Positions 22,768-33,657 of a DNA stretch of 37,870 nucleotides are shown one piece after another (the first letter of the stretch is position 1; every line of letters starts with the position of its first letter). Where the stretch lies: NCBI GenBank assembly GCA_030167865.1, contig JALAGF010004099.1, forward strand, positions 1-37,870, given 5' to 3'. The position numbers were made by a program, and so were the translations under genes. This DNA comes from Craspedostauros australis. Lineage: Eukaryota. The notes beneath the pieces are model-generated. The model was not told the DNA's origin and did no database searches. It saw only the letters and a program-made list of their open reading frames with translations.

Positions 22768-25391
22768 ATGGATGTGCACAACAATGCAAGACTGCTGCTG
22801 AATGCCAAACAGCATAATGATGAAAACTCAGTCCTCATGACTGCATCGTCGAAGGGTCCGCATACACGCAGAGCATTGGTACGTTCATATTCACAGCTTG
22901 GGCATCACGCATTGTCCATGACGCATCACAGAGCGGTGCGACCCACGACGGCCGCGCTCACAGAGGCAGCACAAATACGGACACCTGATCACCACCAAAC
23001 ACGATGTGTGAGATGAAGAGCGAAGAAGGGATGTTCGGCTGTATTCACTTCATTTCGCACGGTCAAGGTGCTCTACTCTCTCGTCACCTCCGCATTCCAC
23101 ACTGGCTTGTTCATCTAACCTCATTCACTCTCCACTTGGTCTTCCGCATGGCCTTACGTACACCTCGTGTTTCCCTTATCCAGGACGATGTCTCGAATGC
23201 CACAGCAACGACCGGTAGAAAGGTCTCAACAGATTCACAAGAATCAGCTGCCAACGACAAACCGACTCGCGGTGGCGCGTCAAGCCTCCAAACGCGGCGA
23301 TCTGCACGCGTAATTCGTAAGAGCGAACGAGCGCACTCGATCCTATTCGAAGCCCCTCCGCGAGCGAGGCAAGCGAAGGATAGCCGAGGCAGCAGGGGGT
23401 CAAGAACAATGGGCACGAGCACGCACCAACGCCCGGCCAGACAGTCAAGCGGTCACCAGCCGCAGCTACTCGTTCATCAGGATAGGGATCTTGCGACCGG
23501 CGCTGCTACATACCAGACTCGTGCAGCATCTGCTCCGCACGCTGCTTCGCAGTACGACATATCGCACACTCGTAGTCGCACTCGGATGGCACGAACCGAC
23601 GATTCAACATCCTCCGTGGGAACGGAGGAACCCGCGCTTGCTGATGTCGCCTCCACTGCGGCAGAAGTAGTAGCAACGGGAGAAGGGGAGAATCTTCCAA
23701 CCAATGCAACGCACCGAATCAAAACGCAGGATGGGGGCCCAAAGCGACACAGGACAGAGCACAATCAGCTAACCACCGACGGCACATTATGCGCGAGCAA
23801 GAAGCAACGGAAGCTATGTCGCTCCACAGAATCACGATCAAACATTTCACAGTCACGCCGAGCGCCAGAATGTTGGCGTCGGGATATGGTCCTGGACTCC
23901 AAGTTCAGCATGAAGAGAGACAATTTTGATGCTGCTGAGTACGTTGCTGAATGTGGACCATTCGATGTGGAGCATCAACATGACACGGCGTTTGCCGCGA
24001 CGTATGTCACCGACATCTATCAACGGTTGTACGAGTCAGAGGTAAGAACAGAATGAATTGCATACATAAAGTCGCATTTGCTGCATCACGGCCGGAGCAG
24101 GAGGCTCGCCTCTTTGTATCATGCTCTCTGATTTCTCACGCAGTCTCTCACCTCCTCGCCTTCCACCATCCTTATTATGTCACTAAACCTCAACGAAACC
24201 GCCTTGGTGGCACATGTGCATTTGAACCAATTGCACGTCGTGATGTCTAACTCCCTCCATTTTGCCAACAATTGCATTGCATTGTCGTTGATGGCGATGT
24301 CAATGTCAATGGTGACATCGATGCTTGTTCGCTCTTGACTCCCATTTGCTGGACTTCGCAGGAGCAGTTCCAGCCAGATCAATACATGGAGCATCAGCCC
24401 CACTTGAACACCATGATGAGAGCGATCTTGATCGATTGGTTGGTGGAAGTTCACATGAAATTTCGTCTGGTGCCGGACACCATGTACCTGTGCGTGAACA
24501 TCATTGATCGGTACCTGTCCGTCGTTCAGATTCCGCGCCAAAAGCTCCAGCTCGTTGGCGTGACGGCGCTGTTGGTCGCGTGCAAGTACGAAGAGCTGTT
24601 TCCCATGGAAGTGAAGGACTGTGTGTACATCACCGACCGGGCCTACACGAAGGATGAGGTCGTTATGATGGAAGCTCATATCGCGAAGAAGCTCAAGTTC
24701 AGGCTGTCTGCCCCCACTGCGTTCCAATTCCTCCAGCGGATGTTGGTCATCACAGGCTCTGGTCGCGACGTTCGGAACCTGGCCAACTATTACTCGGAAC
24801 GAATGCTGCAAGAGTACTCCGCAATTCGATTCAGACCATCGTTGGTGGCCGTGGCGTCCATCAGCCTCGCCATGAACAACCCCGATCTTTCGTCAAGGGA
24901 GAAAAGCAAGCACCTTTGTGTCGGCGATATTCTCAGACCAGGGATTGTAAGTGCGCGTGATGTCCACATCGTCACGGTTGCTCCTTGTATCAAAGCTCAT
25001 TGCTGACGTCAAATCAAAGTCGTTGGGGCCATCCCTTCCGTCGTACGTGTTGTTGTGGCACATGTTTCCGCCCTTTTTTGACTGCTGTATTCCCAATTTA
25101 TTCTCGACTAACCCATCAGCATCGTGCCAATTTTTCGTCGTTGCCACCTGGAATACTCGTACTTGGTTACCGCAGCCCGAGATGCTTCTCCAATACACGA
25201 GGTACAGCGCCGCAGAAATCTGCGATGTCGCGAAGGTGATCGCCAGGAAAGTTGCGGAGCACACGAAGACGTATTCTCGCAAGGACCTTTTGGCTGTGAA
25301 GAAGAAGTTCGAATCCAGCAGATACAGCAACGCTTCAATCAACTTTGCGAACCCTGAAGCGTCGCACTTACATCTGCCAATGGATGAATGA
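22768..25391 (+). CDS. Mitotic B-type cyclin; exons 22768(or 22696)-22878, 23184-24041, 24362-24946, 25176-25391 (~590-615 aa)
   Basis: Three phase-0 GT-AG introns: 22879-23183, 24042-24361 and 24947-25175. Cyclin box MRAILIDWLVEVHMKFRL...KLQLVGVTALLVACKYEE, where HxKF is B-type. The spliced destruction box reads RRAL|DDVSN. The start codon is uncertain. Confidence 0.92.
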
Positions 25392-26510
25392 CTCCATCGC
25401 TGGACGGTCGGAGGCGTCCGCTCCACGCAACGAACATCATGTGCTTCGATGAGATTTCCATCGTTCCGTGAAGGATTGGATCCACATGGAGGACCCAAGG
25501 ATTGCGTTTAACCAGTGGCAGTGGAAACGCCGCATGTTTGAAGCATTACCATCACAAGTGCAACCTCGTCAACGAAGATGGGATGTGAATCCGAAAGAAA
25601 GCGGGGCAAGCCATGCACAGCTTCGTGCTGGCTGGCTGCCGAGCGGGTGGTCATCGAGCGCACGACGACATCAGCAGCGGTAGCAACGACATAACTCAAA
25701 ACTACAGAAATATCGCCACTCCGCTGAAGCACAGCAGAGATTGGCTGATGACGATGTTGGCATACATAGAAAGGCCATCAAGAAACCTCGAAGACACGAC
25801 AACAAACGAAAATAGTCGAGCAGGTACAGCAAACTCCAAGCAAGATCTTGTGTCTCATCTTGTCCGTGTTTATGTTTACATTGGATCAATGGGTGGATGG
25901 ATGGAGTGCGTGGCCAGTGGATGGCATCGGACGCATAATATATCGGAAGCGGCGATACTGATGTCGATGCTGGCAGTGAATGATGCGAGTTGGTGCAGTG
26001 GTTGCCTTCAATTTTTTGGTGTTGGTGACTGTCCATGACGTTCGATTGTTTTTTGATGTTGTGAAGCGGAGTGGTTGGCATCGGCTCGACCGGCTCGTGA
26101 GTTTGTCGCATGTTATAAATGAATTGACACGCAGGTGTCATCGTTGAAGTTCCAGTACTAGGTTGAACGTGGTCTACGGCGCCGCAAATCCAAAAACGAT
26201 TGGTTTGTTGTCTTGGGTACGTGGTGCGTCGGCGACGAGCACGCATCATGGTGAAGGAGCAAAAATGAACAACGCCAACGAACGGCAACGAGGAGAAAAC
26301 AACAGCAACAACAGGCCATAGTAGTACGACAACGTGAAGGTATCGGCATCCCCGCCAAAGTCGCCAACCACGCACCACCACAGCACTCTGCCAACGCCAT
26401 CCGAGTCATTCGACGGTACGACAAACTGTGCACATACCACACCATACACACACGAGCACGATTGGAGAACGAGTCCATTGCACCAAGGCAAGACTTCGAA
26501 CCGCAGCATC

Positions 26511-28630
26511 ATGAACCTCAGATTCTGTATCATCGCATCCGTGGCAACCACAGCCTTGGCGTTCGCGCCATCGCACAATGGTGCTGCTGTCTCTCGGTGA
26601 GTCGTCTCCCGTTGTGCAGCTCGGACGAGTACTGCGGCCGTCTTACTTGATCCGTTGGCGGATTAGTGCCGTTACGGGTTGGATTGCTTTGCGCAGCGAC
26701 TGCAAGTGGCTACTTGGCCCAGCCTCATTCCGTCCCGTTCCCCGATGTATCCCGGTGTTGTGTATCTTTGATGATCTTTGGTCCAGGTGGTCCAGTTATC
26801 AATGCGAGCGTCTCTCAAGTGCCAATGCCACAGCACCAATACACTGCGAGAGGGACAAATCACTCACCATCTTCTGCGTTTCCGCCATGCAATGGATTTG
26901 CTGTTGACCGCCCATTCCAATCTGACAATGCGCCGACACGCATGCAAACAGCGCTGAGACTGCGCTGGAGATGGCCAATGGCTCCAAGCGCAAGGCCGCA
27001 GCAAAGGTGAATAGAAATGATGCCCTGACATGCTTTGAAGATGTCCCGCGGCTCTGCTGGTGGAACTGGCCGGTCTGGTGGCTTGGATCGCTCAAAGGAC
27101 CGCCAGCAGCTCATTGCAGATATCTCACCTCTTGTGCTCTTGCTCTCTGTCATGAACATGATGGCTGATGATTCTCTGGACACGTGAATGGTCGAATGAT
27201 CAAATGGATGGATGGACGAATGGATGAATGAATGAATGACACCGCACACCATCGAACTATACGTACGCACACGAATATGGATGGATGGATGCTACTCCTT
27301 CGGCAACATGTCTCTGTCGATGCAATGTAATCTACCGGCCAATGGATGACAATGTTGGACACTCTTACGTACCTGCACCCACGCAACCGAACAACATGCC
27401 CGCAACAATTGCCACTGTCGTCGCATCGCGCAACCTCCCCCTACGGATGCGTGTCCGCCAACAACCTCCAACTTTTGCGTCATACTTGGTGCTGTTGAGC
27501 AGGTTGTGAAGCGTGCCGCCGGAGCAGCCGCCACCTTTGTTCTGGCATCGGCCGGGGCGCCACCAGCTGCCTTGGCTGCGAAGCAAGTCAAGGAGGTTGT
27601 CGAGGCAGTTGACAACACCAAGACCATCATCGCCAGCGGTGCGGCTGTAATCGCCGCTGGAGCTGTCGGCGCGAAGGTCCTCGGCGGTGGAGGATCCACC
27701 AAGCAGGACTTCCTGGAGGCCGAGCCGTACTATGACCAATCCACCGTCCCGGTCAACGTGTACAAGAACAAGTCGCCATTCACTGGAAAGGTCGTCTCGA
27801 CGAAGCGCATCGTCGGACCAAAGGCCACCGGAGAGACCTGCCACATCGTCATCGATCACAACGGCGACTTCCCGTACTGGGAGGGCCAGTCCTGGGGTGT
27901 CATCCCACCGGGCACCCGCGAGAAGGATGGCAAGCCGCATTCCGTGCGTCTCTACTCCATCGCCTCCACCCGATACGGTGATGACATGACCGGAAAGACC
28001 GGATCCCTGTGCGTGCGCCGTGCCACGTACTGGTGTCCCGAGCTCAAGGCCGACGATCCAGCCAAGAAGGGCATCTGCTCCAACTTCCTGTGCGACACGC
28101 AGCCAGGTGACGAGGTCAACATGACCGGCCCAGCCGGAAAGGTCATGCTCATGCCGGAGGAGGACCCAACCACCGACTACATCATGGTCGCCACCGGAAC
28201 CGGAATCGCACCATACCGCGGATTCATCCGCCGCCTCTTCACCGAGAACACACCGGCGGGCAACGCCTACAAGGGTGAGGCCTGGTTGTTCCTGGGAGTT
28301 GCCAACAGCGACGCCCTCCTTTACGACGACGAGTGGCAGGAGGCCAAGAAGAACTACCCAAACAACTTCCGCCTCGACTACGCTTTGTCGCGTGAGCAGA
28401 CCAACAAGTCTGGCGGCAAGATGTACATCCAGGACAAGGTCGAGGAGTACTCCGACGAGATCTTTGAGAAGCTCGAGAACGGTGCCCACATTTACTTCTG
28501 CGGATTGAAGGGAATGATGCCAGGAATCCAGGACATGCTCAAGGGAGTCGCCGAGAAGAAGGGACTCGAGTACACGGACTGGCTCAAGGGCCTCAAGGCC
28601 AAGAAGCAGTGGCACGTCGAGGTCTACTAA
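26511..28630 (+). CDS. petH: Plastid ferredoxin-NADP+ reductase; exons 26511-26596, 26952-27006, 27503-28630 (~422 aa precursor)
   Basis: Signal peptide plus ALA|FAP motif. Introns 26597-26951 (GTGAGT..ACAG) and 27007-27502 (GTGAAT..GCAG). FNR motifs: [39 protein letters not shown] and C-terminal WHVEVY. Strong C/G third-position codon bias suggests high expression. Confidence 0.97.
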
Positions 28631-29797
28631 ATCCGTGTTTGGTAGACGGCGACGACGGCAAAGATTACCTGCCCGCATCCTGCCGTACCTGTTCGGCAAC
28701 ATGCGACGAGCAGCAAAGTACTGCAACAAGTACTGATCTTTGTAATACCGAAGCACTTCTCATGATAGTACTCTCTTGGTGTGCCAGTGGTGGTGAATCT
28801 CTTCTGGGTGTGTGGATCCTTCAGCATGAAAGATATAATAGCGCCGTGCTCTGGATGCTTTTTGCACAAAGATGAACTGGATCTTTGGTTGGTCGAAGCG
28901 GCAAAACTTGCACTATCAGCATCTTTATCTTTCGAATGTGGCCGTTTTGCAGTTTCATCCACCGCAACTGAATGTTCCAAGATATTTACCGCATTTACCA
29001 ATGTCAGAAGTTCTGTTCTGTCCACCAGACACGGACGAGACACGATGACGAGAGCCTGCAGGCCAATCAGAACAGACGACCAATGTGTGCTGTCTTAGTC
29101 GTGATTGATGTTTCGCCCTGTGTTGCTCCTGCGAGTCCACAGCAGCTGCTTGTTTATCGGTCATTTTCGCCCCGTAGTTCTCCGCCGTTTGTTTTCTTCA
29201 TCACTTTTCTCCTTTTCCTCTGCGTTGTTGGGTTTGGTGGACTGTGCGAACCAACGAGTTGCCAAACACACAGACGCAAACACAAACGCAAATACAAAGA
29301 GCACAGAGCGGAACAAACACGAGAACCAAAGCTCCAGCTTGGGCAAGATCGTGGTAGTCAACGCACTCACAAACCGACTCACGCCCAAACACCCAAACAG
29401 CACCAACATCAACGGAAGTTGCGACGATACCGAGTCAAACCCGCACTCAACGAATACCAGAACACACGGCTGGACCCAACGACCGACCACAAGATCATCA
29501 TTGGGCAAAAGCGCTCGCATCCATCGCTGCCAACCTTCACAACACTGGACAGTGCAACACGTCAATACACATCAATACACTGCACAACAAGTGGAAGTAC
29601 GGAAGAGGACTCACAGAAAGGCCGTTCTGTCTCACATCTTTGCCCAACCTTCACTTGCCGACTTGGCATCCGCACCAGCGCAGAGCTCCGCCTTCACACC
29701 ACCGCACTTGGTCCGTGCAATTTCCAGCGTCACCGCTATCGTTATTGTCATTGCCATTGCCATTGTCAACATTGAGACCCGTCTTTGCACATCAACC

Positions 29798-30769
29798 ATG
29801 ACAGCAATGATTGCCATTCCAGCGCGTGGAGACGCCTTCGATGTTCAGAGCGACGGCGCCAAAAGCCGCCGAAGTGGCAACAGCGGGAACAGCAGCACAA
29901 CCTGCGCGACGAACAGCAAGAACTCGATCCAGAACGCTTTGGGCCAACAAGATTCTCCGTCCATGGCGATGAATGCGTTCCATGACCACCAGCACGAACA
30001 GCCATCGACACCAACTCACGGACAGACCGATCAAAATTCAGGAAATGGATGCCGCCAGATTCGCCATCGTCATCACTGCAACGACCTTCGACCTGTCGAT
30101 GACGGCAACGGGAACTGCAACGGTAACAATCATCAGTCATCGGCACCATGCTTCCGACCCCCGAAAGGCGTGAACTACGACGACAACAACACCGTATTTG
30201 GCAAGATCCTTCGCGGTGAACTCCCTGCCATGACGCTCGACGAATCATCGAATCTTCTCGCCTTCCACGACATAAATCCGCGCGCGCCATTGCACGCCCT
30301 CATCATCCCGAAGCGACTCGTCGACAGCGTCTTTTCGCTTGGCGCCGGTGACTTGGAGATGATGCATGAGATGATGGAATCGGCAATGGGTATCTTGGAG
30401 AAGGAACAGCCGGAGGCAGCCGCCGCTGGAGACTACACCCTCTGTTTCCACGTCCCGCCCTTCAACAGTGTCGACCACTTGCATCTCCACGTCCTCGCAC
30501 CGGCATCGCGCATGTCCCTGTACTCGCGTATCGTCCGCTACAACTGTTGGGCTGGCTGGTGCACATCCATCCAACACGTCGTGGGAAGACTGATGGCGGG
30601 GAAGTCCCCCGTGAACAACCGAGGAAGGCGGCCGAAAAAGACGCTCCTCACATCATCGTCACCATTGACGTCGGCGACAACAGAGACAGAGAAATCATGC
30701 CTCTCAGAGTTGACGCCGCAGTTGTCTGCTGCCGCTAGCGACGAAGTCGACACAGACATCGAAGAGTGA
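29798..30769 (+). CDS. Histidine triad (HIT) nucleotide-binding protein, HINT3/HINT4-like, with low-complexity extensions
   Basis: TVFGKIL, AFHDINPRAPLHALIIPK and FHVPPFNSVDHLHLHVL (HxHxH triad preceded by the HxPPF motif of the HINT3 type). The first plausible ATG is at 29798; the start is uncertain. Confidence 0.88.
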   Translation: MTAMIAIPARGDAFDVQSDGAKSRRSGNSGNSSTTCATNSKNSIQNALGQQDSPSMAMNAFHDHQHEQPSTPTHGQTDQNSGNGCRQIRHRHHCNDLRPVDDGNGNCNGNNHQSSAPCFRPPKGVNYDDNNTVFGKILRGELPAMTLDESSNLLAFHDINPRAPLHALIIPKRLVDSVFSLGAGDLEMMHEMMESAMGILEKEQPEAAAAGDYTLCFHVPPFNSVDHLHLHVLAPASRMSLYSRIVRYNCWAGWCTSIQHVVGRLMAGKSPVNNRGRRPKKTLLTSSSPLTSATTETEKSCLSELTPQLSAAASDEVDTDIEE

Positions 30770-31102
30770 GACCATACTACTGGGAGCGAGATCGCGAAGC
30801 GCTCGCCGCTTCAGCATAGACGATCGCGAGACAGGACGCACCACCCCGCCTTTACCTCTACCCCCAACTCACAAACAACAAAGCAACATGTATAAACAAT
30901 ACCTCTCTAGAGATCTTAGTCATATTATACTATCCAGTGTGATGCTTACGCTATTGTTTGAGAGGATCGAACCACGAAGCACGGGACAGGGAACTCCAGC
31001 ACCCACGTGATGCAGCCGTGCCAGACGACCAAGTGCCACACATATAGTGCGAGTCCTATCTGCGATGCTTCCACTCAATTCCGCCGCAGATGACACGACA
31101 AC

Positions 31103-32743
31103 TTACTTCCATTCCGGCACCGGGGCTTCGCTCTCCCAAGTGTCATGCAGGAATTTGAACAGCGACTGGGAAGCCATAACTGGGTAGGCAGTGGGGTTGT
31201 CGTATGCCTTCATGCTGTCTGGGAATGTTTGCAGCTGCTCTTGCGCGAACTGCCGCGTCTTTGAGAGATCCAGCGGTGGTCTGTGCTCTTCCACCACCTT
31301 GCCAAGCTCGATGATGGGGTGGTGGAGAGGGACCACGCGAGAAGGCGTGATGGCAACACGCTTCGTGGAATGGAAAGGGTCGCGGCAGACCAGCTTGCGA
31401 CCAACTTCGGGTGCCCCTTCGGATGCTAATGCCATGTAGTCGACGAGCGGCGAACCGTTGGCGCCGTGGAGGCGGTAGGCCCGTTTACGCCCCGGGATGG
31501 TGACCTTCGGCAAATCCTGCGAAATCTTGATGCGTGGCTGGCCCTTCCATTCCACCAGCTTGTACACGCAGCCCAGAGCTGGCTGGGCTTGGCATGTCAC
31601 CAAGTTCGTCCCGATGCCGAACGTCGTGATGCCGTGATCCTTCGTCGTCAGGTCTTGCAGGACGGACTCGTTGATGTCGTTGCTGGCCACGATGCTCAAC
31701 GACCCAAATGACTGGCGTGTCTTGGCGACTTCTTCGAATGCTTCTTCACACCGCAAACTCAGCTCTCTCAGATCGCCTGAATCCAACCGGATTCCTTTGG
31801 GCCGGTAACCGAAATCATCCAGGACCTTCGCCACGTAGATGAAGTTGCGGAGGCCGCTGCGCAACGTGTCATACGTATCGATGAGACAGAGGAAGGTGTC
31901 TGGGAATGCACCGGCATACGCAACGAATGCGGCCAATTCGCCATCGTTCGTTCCCGTCGTGGCTTCCGCCGCGTCCACGTTTGTTTCCGTTCCTGCAACA
32001 TCAGCATCGCGGTACTCCAAAACCTTGGGTAAGATTCGCTCACTTTTGCCGCTGCCCTTGTTGATCACGGTCGTTTCCTGAACCTCGTCCAAAGACACAA
32101 ACGACTGCACGAACGCATGTGCGTGGGTTCCCGCAATTGGTATGCCGAACTTCTTCCCGGCCTGGACATTCGAGGTTGCGACGAATCCACCGACGTAGCT
32201 GTACTTGCTCGCCGAGCATGCCCCATCAGGGCCTTGCGCACGTCTCAGGCCGAATTCGACACACGTCTTGCCAGGACCAGCCCGAAGGGACATGCGCGAT
32301 GCGTTGGTGGCAATCAACGACGGGTAGTTCACCAGATTCAATAGCGTGGTCTCGACCAGCTGCCCCAGACCCAGGGGACCTTCGATGATGATCAGCGGGA
32401 TGCGCGGGAACGCCACCGATCCTTCCTTCATGGCACGGACGGTGAGCTGCGCCGTGTCAAGTTGCAGGAGGTAGTCGAAGAACCCTTCCTCGCAATGGGA
32501 CAGAGATGGAACTGAGCGAAGGTAGTCAATGTCGTCGGGCGTGAACTTGAAGGATTGAAGGAACCTCGTGACCTCGTCGGAACCGCAAAAGATCGTGAAC
32601 TGGCCTTTGAAAGGATTCTTTCGGAAGAAGAGTTCGAACACGGCGTCTTCCTCGTGCTTCCCATTCTTCCAGTGCGCGTAGGTCATCGTAATCTGGTACA
32701 GATCCGTCAACAGCGCGGTGACAAGCGCGTTCGTTGGCTCCAT
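31103..32743 (-). CDS. NAPRT: Nicotinate phosphoribosyltransferase (Preiss-Handler NAD+ salvage), ~546 aa
   Basis: ATG at 32743 (MEPTNALVTALLTDLYQITM). Motifs FELFFRKNPF, EFGLRRAQGPDG, GTHAHAFV, LIDTYD, GIRLDSGDL, ASNDINE, FGIGTNLVT and ALGCVYKLVE. Confidence 0.97.
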   Translation of the reverse strand: MEPTNALVTALLTDLYQITMTYAHWKNGKHEEDAVFELFFRKNPFKGQFTIFCGSDEVTRFLQSFKFTPDDIDYLRSVPSLSHCEEGFFDYLLQLDTAQLTVRAMKEGSVAFPRIPLIIIEGPLGLGQLVETTLLNLVNYPSLIATNASRMSLRAGPGKTCVEFGLRRAQGPDGACSASKYSYVGGFVATSNVQAGKKFGIPIAGTHAHAFVQSFVSLDEVQETTVINKGSGKSERILPKVLEYRDADVAGTETNVDAAEATTGTNDGELAAFVAYAGAFPDTFLCLIDTYDTLRSGLRNFIYVAKVLDDFGYRPKGIRLDSGDLRELSLRCEEAFEEVAKTRQSFGSLSIVASNDINESVLQDLTTKDHGITTFGIGTNLVTCQAQPALGCVYKLVEWKGQPRIKISQDLPKVTIPGRKRAYRLHGANGSPLVDYMALASEGAPEVGRKLVCRDPFHSTKRVAITPSRVVPLHHPIIELGKVVEEHRPPLDLSKTRQFAQEQLQTFPDSMKAYDNPTAYPVMASQSLFKFLHDTWESEAPVPEWK

Positions 32744-33657
32744 GGTGACAGGCTGGTTGGGCAGAGGCTGATAGATGGATGGATGGATAGCCGGATGGAT
32801 GGATGGCTTGACGTGTAATACTGTATGCAAAAGTAATGTAATATGACAATTGCAGGTTGGTGTGGTGGGTTGGATGATACACTTCTTCGCGAAACGGGCG
32901 AAGTGCTTTTTGTGTGTTGGTGGCGGAAGATTCGGATCTCTGTGCTCTCACACACGCATGCCCACGCCACGCTGGAGAACACGGATGCATCCACGCGGCT
33001 TCTCTTTGTCGGCGGCGGTGGCATGTTGTTTCGTCTCCTGGTCTTGTTTCGCGTTGTCTTGTTTCTTTCTGCGTTGCGCAGATTTGGGTTTGGGTTTGGA
33101 AGTGTTCCCATCGTGGGTTTCTGTCGCCACGTTCCGTTCTTGTCCCGAACGTGGTCACTCCTCTCGTTTGGTCACATGTCAAGATTGATCGATTCATGCA
33201 CGAAGGCTATAAACTAACCTAGGCAAAACACACATCGTAACTGGTTTCTTGTCGGGATTCAACCACACCTACAGACGCACAGACCGAAATCAGCCACCGA
33301 AGACAAAAATTCCATTCGTGGCAGAACAACACGACTGGCCACCCGCCGTACCGAGTTGGGGAAGCCATCAGTCATTTTGTTCGTCCTTGTTCCAAAAAGT
33401 GATGTCATTGGGTTGCGTGCGTTGTGCCAGGCAACGACCACAGGGTGATGTTGTTAATCTTGGCTCGGCGGTAACAGACATCAACAACACCGACACAAAC
33501 GGATGCAGCGTCTACCCAGATTCCCGTCACATTTCGATCCACGCTCACCTCTGCCATCCTTTCTTGGGTCTATTGTCGTTCCCAACGCGATTGCTGATCC
33601 TGTCATTGATACTGGACCCGCACGCGAGGCGTACTCGGAAGAAGAAAACTGAAGGGA

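Noticed and set aside
27365-28756. 463-aa antisense ORF over FNR
   Set aside because: A shadow ORF produced by the strong C/G third-position bias of a highly expressed gene; it has no recognisable motifs.
29105-29797. Long open frame upstream of the HIT domain
   Set aside because: Non-ATG start and CA-rich, UTR-like composition; treated as non-coding.
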